Shown here in pieces: positions 58,612-64,000 of a stretch of 64,000 nucleotides of DNA. The translations under genes were made by a program, and so were the position numbers. The stretch is from a virus (lineage: Duplodnaviria > Caudoviricetes). The DNA lies in IMG/VR virus record IMGVR_UViG_3300032280_000442, positions 224,001 through 288,000 of that record; one strand, given 5' to 3'. Below the pieces are notes generated by a model. The model had not been told where the DNA came from, ran no database searches, and saw only the letters and a list, made by a program, of their open reading frames with translations. Within the stretch, counting starts at the first letter, position 1. The number at the start of each line of letters is the position of its first letter.

Positions 58612-59999
58612 TAGATTATCTGACCTTTTGTATTAACTCTTAATTGTTCGTCATTCATTTCAAATACCAAGTTTTGTTTGTTTGTTTTCCCAACCAATTT
58701 AGCGTTTGGATATTTTTCCATTAATTTTCTTGCTCCAACTTCTTGAGAAATACTTTCAGATAATTGTTTGATTTTATTAATTTTAACTTTTTTACTTTCA
58801 GTAACTAATTTAGCTTGTCTTTTTTTAGATTCTAATAATTGTTTTTCTTTCGCGCCTATTTTAAAATAACCTTCAATAATTTTATCAACTTTAGATTCTG
58901 TAAAAATTCCTTCAATCATATCTTCAAGACGACCTGCGTGTTTAGAGTCGATATCAGGATGATTTAAACTTCTATGTTTTGAATGTCTTGGTTTAAAATC
59001 TTTTTCCATATCACCCATAGATTTTGACATTCCCATAAATTTTCTATCCGAAGAAAAACTAGGAGATAATTCTTCACCGGTATCCATATCTAATTCAAAT
59101 TTTGATAAATCAAAATCATCAAAACCTTCACCCATTTCACCTTCAGGACCCATCGGTTCTTCATCACCCATTTCATCATCAAAGTCAGGTTCTTCATCAC
59201 CAAAGTCAGGTTCTTCACCACCCATACCTTCTTCTTCAGTACCTTCGATTTTATCAACAATCTCTTCTTTATCTTCTTCTTCCATAGAATCCAAATCTAT
59301 TGCAGATAAAATTGAGTTGATAACATATTTTGAATCTTTAGATGTCATTTCGTCTTGACCTTCTTCTGTTTCTTGGAACGCTCTTAATTTTTGAGCTAAT
59401 TTACCTGTTAATTTTTGAATAGACTTTAAAGTAATCTCATCATTGTCATCGTCTTCAACATCTACATCTACATCAATATCTTCAGGTGCCGGAGCCGGTT
59501 CTTCTTCCGGAGCCGGAGCAGGTGCAGGTGCCGGAGCTGGTGCAGGAGCCGGAGCTGGTGCAGGAGCCGGAGCAGGTGCCGCTTGTTCTTTAGCTTCACC
59601 ACCCATTTTTAAAATATATTTAGTAGCCTCTTCAGGACTTTCGTAAAATAAGTTAACATTTTTTTCGTTACCTTCATTAACATTAACTTCTTTAGCAATT
59701 AAATTAAGTCTTTTTAATGCTTGAGAATATGATGAATAGTATTTTCTATTTTTCATAGGCTCCATATAATCAAACTCATTTGTTGACTCAGTTAAATTAC
59801 ATTTAATAATGTAACCACTTTTTTCTTTATCAATTTTATAAGTTTTACCGTTAGCCAAAACTTTAGTATATTCAGTAGATTTATCCTCATTAATTGGCGT
59901 AGGTATATTTTCTTTGTATCTAGCGATTTCCATAATACGTTGGATTTTCTCCATTCCTTGTAGTTTTTCGCTACCAACCGGTCTTAAATTGTTTCCCAT
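58611..59999 (-). CDS. Acidic hypothetical protein with an (AP)n linker, probable internal head/scaffold-like protein
   Basis: 462 aa; long APAPAP tract, D/E-rich, many (I/L/V)xE motifs; TATTTATA at 60031-60038. Confidence 0.78.
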   Translation of the reverse strand: MGNNLRPVGSEKLQGMEKIQRIMEIARYKENIPTPINEDKSTEYTKVLANGKTYKIDKEKSGYIIKCNLTESTNEFDYMEPMKNRKYYSSYSQALKRLNLIAKEVNVNEGNEKNVNLFYESPEEATKYILKMGGEAKEQAAPAPAPAPAPAPAPAPAPAPAPAPEEEPAPAPEDIDVDVDVEDDDNDEITLKSIQKLTGKLAQKLRAFQETEEGQDEMTSKDSKYVINSILSAIDLDSMEEEDKEEIVDKIEGTEEEGMGGEEPDFGDEEPDFDDEMGDEEPMGPEGEMGEGFDDFDLSKFELDMDTGEELSPSFSSDRKFMGMSKSMGDMEKDFKPRHSKHRSLNHPDIDSKHAGRLEDMIEGIFTESKVDKIIEGYFKIGAKEKQLLESKKRQAKLVTESKKVKINKIKQLSESISQEVGARKLMEKYPNAKLVGKTNKQNLVFEMNDEQLRVNTKGQII

Positions 60000-60083
60000 T
60001 TTATATGTTTTTGTTTGGAATTATTTTATATATAAATATGTTCAGAATTAAAAATGTTATAATTCTGAATGGTTTATTGTTAA

Positions 60084-60821
60084 TTATATTGATTTTTCCT
60101 TTAAAGAAAGTTTTTTATCTTGATATTCGTTTTGAAAATCAAATAGTTTTTGAATATAACCATTTCTTCTCAAAACTTTAAATACTAAGTTTTCGTCGGA
60201 CATTTCACCCCCATCTTCTAAACCGGCAGTCCTATATTTTTTTAATTTATCTTTAACCTTATTAATACTGTCCATACCGGATTCTATTGATTTATCCTCT
60301 GAATTGTCAATAACCTCATCAATAATTTTCATCCAATGTTGAGATTTGTTTTTTATTAACTCAGTATCAATTTCAACATCTTCTTTTTTAGGTTTGTTTT
60401 TCCACTCATCAAATAATACAGAATATTCACCACTACTAAAATGTGCCTCAACATCATTTTGAACATAGAGTTCCACATCATAACCATAGATTTTGATGTT
60501 GTGTTTGTCGTTAAATAAAGCTTTTTTTAATTTAAAAAGTTCTTCATATAATGGAAGTTCTTTTTCTGAGAATTGTTCAAAGTCGGCAATTAGGTGTAAA
60601 TCAACATCGGAATATTGAGACCAATTATAATTAGCCAATGAACCTGTCATAACCACATCGGATATAACAACATCAACACCTAAAAATTCAATGAACTCAT
60701 ATGCGATTTCTAATAAACGTTCTCTGACTTTAGGAGACATTTTATCTGACGATTCCCAAATCTTTGGATTTAGTTCGTCTTGTAAATGAAAACTAGATAA
60801 TATACTTTTAAGATTACTCAT
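60084..60821 (-). CDS. Pol-beta superfamily nucleotidyltransferase
   Basis: MTGSLANYNWSQYSDVDLH (GS...DxD) and YDVELYVQ. Confidence 0.8.
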   Translation of the reverse strand: MSNLKSILSSFHLQDELNPKIWESSDKMSPKVRERLLEIAYEFIEFLGVDVVISDVVMTGSLANYNWSQYSDVDLHLIADFEQFSEKELPLYEELFKLKKALFNDKHNIKIYGYDVELYVQNDVEAHFSSGEYSVLFDEWKNKPKKEDVEIDTELIKNKSQHWMKIIDEVIDNSEDKSIESGMDSINKVKDKLKKYRTAGLEDGGEMSDENLVFKVLRRNGYIQKLFDFQNEYQDKKLSLKEKSI

Positions 60822-60825
60822 TAAC

Positions 60826-60833
60826 TATAAATA
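60826..60833 (-). promoter_or_regulatory. Putative late-promoter motif
   Basis: TATTTATA on the minus strand, 4 nt upstream of ATG 60821. Confidence 0.5.
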
Positions 60834-60851
60834 CTTAAATATCTATAATTG

Positions 60852-61094
60852 TTAAAGTTTTTTATGTGTATAAGTTTTAACTATTTTTGATGAAAAGAAT
60901 TTACCCTGTGATTCCGCCATTCTGAATTGAGTATATACTTGGTGAGGAACCTCGGAATACTCATATTTTTGTCCATTATTGAACTCAACCAACATTACTT
61001 TAGTTTCAGTATCGTATTCGGTTTTTTTAACATTTGACGATTGGATTTCGTTAATAATCTTCGTCCCTTGAATTGTTTCTTTTAATATTGCCAT
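60852..61094 (-). CDS. KTSC domain protein
   Basis: SSNV....YD.....MLVEFNNG..YEY..VP..VY..F..AESQGKFF. Confidence 0.9.
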   Translation of the reverse strand: MAILKETIQGTKIINEIQSSNVKKTEYDTETKVMLVEFNNGQKYEYSEVPHQVYTQFRMAESQGKFFSSKIVKTYTHKKL

Positions 61095-61392
61095 CTTTTA
61101 AAGGTATTTCTAAATCTATTTGTTTTAATTTATCCATAAGATAATCATCAAACTCATTATTGTCAATATTACCAAAATAGGATGTCAATTCACTTTTTAA
61201 ATCTTTTATTAATGACGAAATTTTCTGATAATAATTCATAATGTCATTTGGATAATACGGAGCTCTTTCCAAATCTTTTTGAGTCCAACCCTCTCTTTGA
61301 AAGGCACGACGAAGTTTTCTATAAACCGCAGATAATTCAGATTCCGGGTGAATCGTATCAATATATTGTTTCCAAGCAGATTTCTTTTCCAT
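61051..61392 (-). CDS. Hypothetical protein
   Basis: 113-aa ORF; TATTTAT motif at 61397-61403 upstream. Confidence 0.65.
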   Translation of the reverse strand: MEKKSAWKQYIDTIHPESELSAVYRKLRRAFQREGWTQKDLERAPYYPNDIMNYYQKISSLIKDLKSELTSYFGNIDNNEFDDYLMDKLKQIDLEIPLKDGNIKRNNSRDEDY

Positions 61393-61503
61393 ATCAATAA
61401 ATATAATTCAGATTTGTTTTGTCCATCCAATTATTTATATTACTTTTGTCGAACCATTTGAAATAATGGAATTAACCCTTATACTTAAATAAAACAATTA
61501 ATT

Positions 61504-63549
61504 ATGATAGAATCTTTAGATGGTGGAAGTAATGGTGGTAATAAAGCAGTTAAGTCTGACTCATCAACACCCGTATTAGACAATTTTAGTAGAGATTTAA
61601 TTAAACTTGCCGAAGAGGGTAAACTTGACCCGGTAATTGGTAGAGAAAGAGAAATCACACGAATCGCCCAAATCCTTTCACGTAGAAAGAAAAATAACCC
61701 AATAATCATCGGAGAACCTGGTTGTGGTAAAACCGCAATCGTGGAAGGTCTTGCCATTATGATTTATAATGGGGAATGTCCAAGAAACTTAATGGACAAA
61801 CGTATCGTATCCTTAGATATGACATCAATTGTTGCCGGAACCAAATATCGTGGACAATTTGAAGAAAGAATGAAAGTTATTATTGAAGAACTTCAAAACG
61901 AACCTAACATCATTGTATTCATTGATGAAATTCACACAATTGTTGGAGCAGGAAATTCATCAGGTTCAATGGACGCATCAAACATCTTTAAACCAGCACT
62001 TGCTCGTGGAGAGATTCAATGTGTTGGTGCAACAACATTAGATGAATATAGAAAAAACTTTGAGAAAGACGGAGCATTAGAAAGACGTTTTCAAAAAGTT
62101 GTTGTGGACGCGGCAACCAAAGAAGAAACGTTAATCATTCTTAAAAACGTAAAAGATAAATACGAGAACTTCCATAAGGTAACTTATACGGATGAAGTAT
62201 TATCTGTGTGTGTTGATTTGGCCGACAGATACATCACCGATAGAGAATTCCCGGATAAAGGGTTTGACATCATCGATGAGGTTGGAGCAAGAAGTCAAGT
62301 TGAGATTAAAATGCCAGAATCTATCGAGAAGTTAAAACAACAAGCTGCCGACATCAAACAAGAAAAGGTAGATGTTGTTAAACAACAACGATATGAGGAG
62401 GCCGCAAATCTTCGTGATAAGGAAAAACGTGTCTTAGTTAAACTTGAAGCTGAAAAGAAAAAGTTTGAAGAAGAACTTCTTACACACAAAAAAGAAATCA
62501 CTTTAGATTTGGTTTATGAAGTGGTTTCCAATATGACCAAAATTCCGGTAACCAAATTAAACGCTGATGAAACTAAATTATTATCCGAGATGGAGGCAAA
62601 CCTATCTGATAAAGTTATTGGACAATCTGAAGCCGTTTCAAAGATTGCAAAATCAATCCGTAGAAACAGAATTGGTATTAAGGACCCAAACAAACCAATC
62701 GGTTCATTCATCTTCTTAGGTTCAACAGGTGTTGGTAAAACATACTTGGCAAAACAACTAGCGAAACAAATGTTCGGTAGTGAAGATAATATGATTCGTG
62801 TGGATATGTCTGAGTACCAAGAAAAACACACCATTTCAAGATTAATTGGAGCACCTCCGGGATACGTTGGATACGATGAAGGCGGACAATTAACCGAACA
62901 AGTTAAAAACAAACCTTATTCTGTAATTCTATTTGATGAGATTGAGAAAGCCAATAAAGATATTTTTGGTACTCTACTTCAAGTATTAGACGATGGTCAC
63001 CTTACCGATGGTATGGGGAGAAAGATTAACTTCAAAAATTGTGTCATCATTATGACATCAAACGTGGGGGTTAAAAAATTACAGGATTTTGGTTCGGGTG
63101 TTGGATTCAAAACGGGTAATAGTTCTTACGCCGAAGAGGAATACAAACGTGAGACTCTTAAAAAAGAACTTAAAAAATTCTTTACACCGGAATTCTTAAA
63201 CAGAATTGATGAGGTTGTTATCTTCAACTCTTTGGTTAAAGAAGATGTTACGAAAATTGTGACTTTGGAATTAGATAAATTATCTAAAAGATTGGTTGGG
63301 TTAAAATACAACATCACATTTGATGAAACTATTTTAGAACTAATCTCGGAAGTTGGATTTGATGAGACCTACGGAGCTCGACCAATCAAAAGAGCAATTC
63401 AAGATAAGATTGAGGATTTTGTATCCGAAGAGATTATCAAAGGAAATATGGTGGAGGGTGTTCCATACACCCTTATATCCGTAGAGAAAGAAGTGGTAGT
63501 TAAACCGGAAGAGGTAAAAAAGAGTAGAAAGAAAAAAGAGGACAAATAA
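61504..63549 (+). CDS. clpC: ClpC-like AAA+ ATPase lacking the Clp N-terminal domain
   Basis: [31 protein letters not shown]-type [30 protein letters not shown] loop and GARP; begins directly at [11 protein letters not shown]. Confidence 0.9.
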   Translation: MIESLDGGSNGGNKAVKSDSSTPVLDNFSRDLIKLAEEGKLDPVIGREREITRIAQILSRRKKNNPIIIGEPGCGKTAIVEGLAIMIYNGECPRNLMDKRIVSLDMTSIVAGTKYRGQFEERMKVIIEELQNEPNIIVFIDEIHTIVGAGNSSGSMDASNIFKPALARGEIQCVGATTLDEYRKNFEKDGALERRFQKVVVDAATKEETLIILKNVKDKYENFHKVTYTDEVLSVCVDLADRYITDREFPDKGFDIIDEVGARSQVEIKMPESIEKLKQQAADIKQEKVDVVKQQRYEEAANLRDKEKRVLVKLEAEKKKFEEELLTHKKEITLDLVYEVVSNMTKIPVTKLNADETKLLSEMEANLSDKVIGQSEAVSKIAKSIRRNRIGIKDPNKPIGSFIFLGSTGVGKTYLAKQLAKQMFGSEDNMIRVDMSEYQEKHTISRLIGAPPGYVGYDEGGQLTEQVKNKPYSVILFDEIEKANKDIFGTLLQVLDDGHLTDGMGRKINFKNCVIIMTSNVGVKKLQDFGSGVGFKTGNSSYAEEEYKRETLKKELKKFFTPEFLNRIDEVVIFNSLVKEDVTKIVTLELDKLSKRLVGLKYNITFDETILELISEVGFDETYGARPIKRAIQDKIEDFVSEEIIKGNMVEGVPYTLISVEKEVVVKPEEVKKSRKKKEDK

Positions 63550-63563
63550 TCCTCTTTTTTTTT
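63532..63563 (+). terminator. Intrinsic terminator after clpC
   Basis: A6-GAGGA-CAAATAA-TCCTC-T run. Confidence 0.7.
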
Positions 63564-63609
63564 GTAGTTAATAATATTATCAATATCTTTGTAATCTAAA
63601 TCAAACAAT

Positions 63610-63924
63610 ATGAAAAAATATTTTTTAATAGTATCTTGTGTTTTTTTATTATATATCACCACTAAAAAAGATAAAATATATTACATACCTTTTGACATTC
63701 CTGGTAGTCAAATGGCATCAACTATTCCTCCATTTGGGACATTTATTGAATCTAAATATAAGACCGATAAATCGATATTAAGACACGAAATGGTTCATTG
63801 GTCACAATATCAAAGAATGGGTTTTTTTGGGTTTTACACAACTTACATAAAAGAATGTATTAAATATGGTAACAGATTTGATGGACCAATGGAAGTTGAA
63901 GCTAGAAAATTAAGTAAAATATAA
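63610..63924 (+). CDS. Small HExxH metallopeptidase-like protein with an N-terminal hydrophobic segment
   Basis: LRHEMVHWSQY...PMEVEAR; MKKYFLIVSCVFLLY resembles a signal or anchor. Confidence 0.65.
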   Translation: MKKYFLIVSCVFLLYITTKKDKIYYIPFDIPGSQMASTIPPFGTFIESKYKTDKSILRHEMVHWSQYQRMGFFGFYTTYIKECIKYGNRFDGPMEVEARKLSKI

Positions 63925-64000
63925 TAAGTTATTTAACACACCCAAATTTATTAGAATGTCCAACAACTTCTTTTAAATACCCCGTATTTGATATATATTT

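Noticed and set aside
1-64000. tRNA or rRNA genes
   Set aside because: Intergenic gaps are short and AT-rich, and no cloverleaf or rRNA-like sequence was recognised by eye; a tRNAscan-SE or Infernal run would be needed to be sure.

Overview
A 64-kb, AT-rich, gene-dense segment of a large T4-like (jumbo) myophage read in the standard genetic code. The host is probably Bacteroidota, judging by a Bacteroidota-type bS21, a ClpC, a DUF4494-like gene and an absence of Shine-Dalgarno sites. From left to right it holds: (i) minus-strand virion adhesin/fibre genes with Pro/Thr linkers, PKD domains and DUF285/BspA repeats, the first running off the window start and missing from the ORF track; (ii) probable head-packaged proteins including a stand-alone WYL protein; (iii) a free-standing NUMOD3/Vsr-like homing endonuclease overlapping a glycosyltransferase gene whose frame is broken by an 11-nt insert; (iv) an exonuclease, dUTPase and an ~18-kb glycosylation cluster with gmd, fcl/colC, a ColD-type dehydratase and two GT11 enzymes; (v) phoH, a gp55-like late sigma factor and baseplate genes; (vi) the head module (gp23, gp22, gp21, gp20, gp17) with an antisense ribosomal protein bS21 gene and adhesin genes inserted in it; (vii) a nucleotidyltransferase, a KTSC protein and an N-domain-less ClpC. 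The top finding is the insert at 15501-15514 (GGT-TAA-ATCAA-GGT). It has matched take-off and landing codons, an immediate stop and a 15-bp upstream hairpin, and sits next to a homing endonuclease, so it is a candidate programmed ribosomal bypass cassette analogous to T4 gene 60/mobA. All protein calls come from motif recognition by eye, not database searches.
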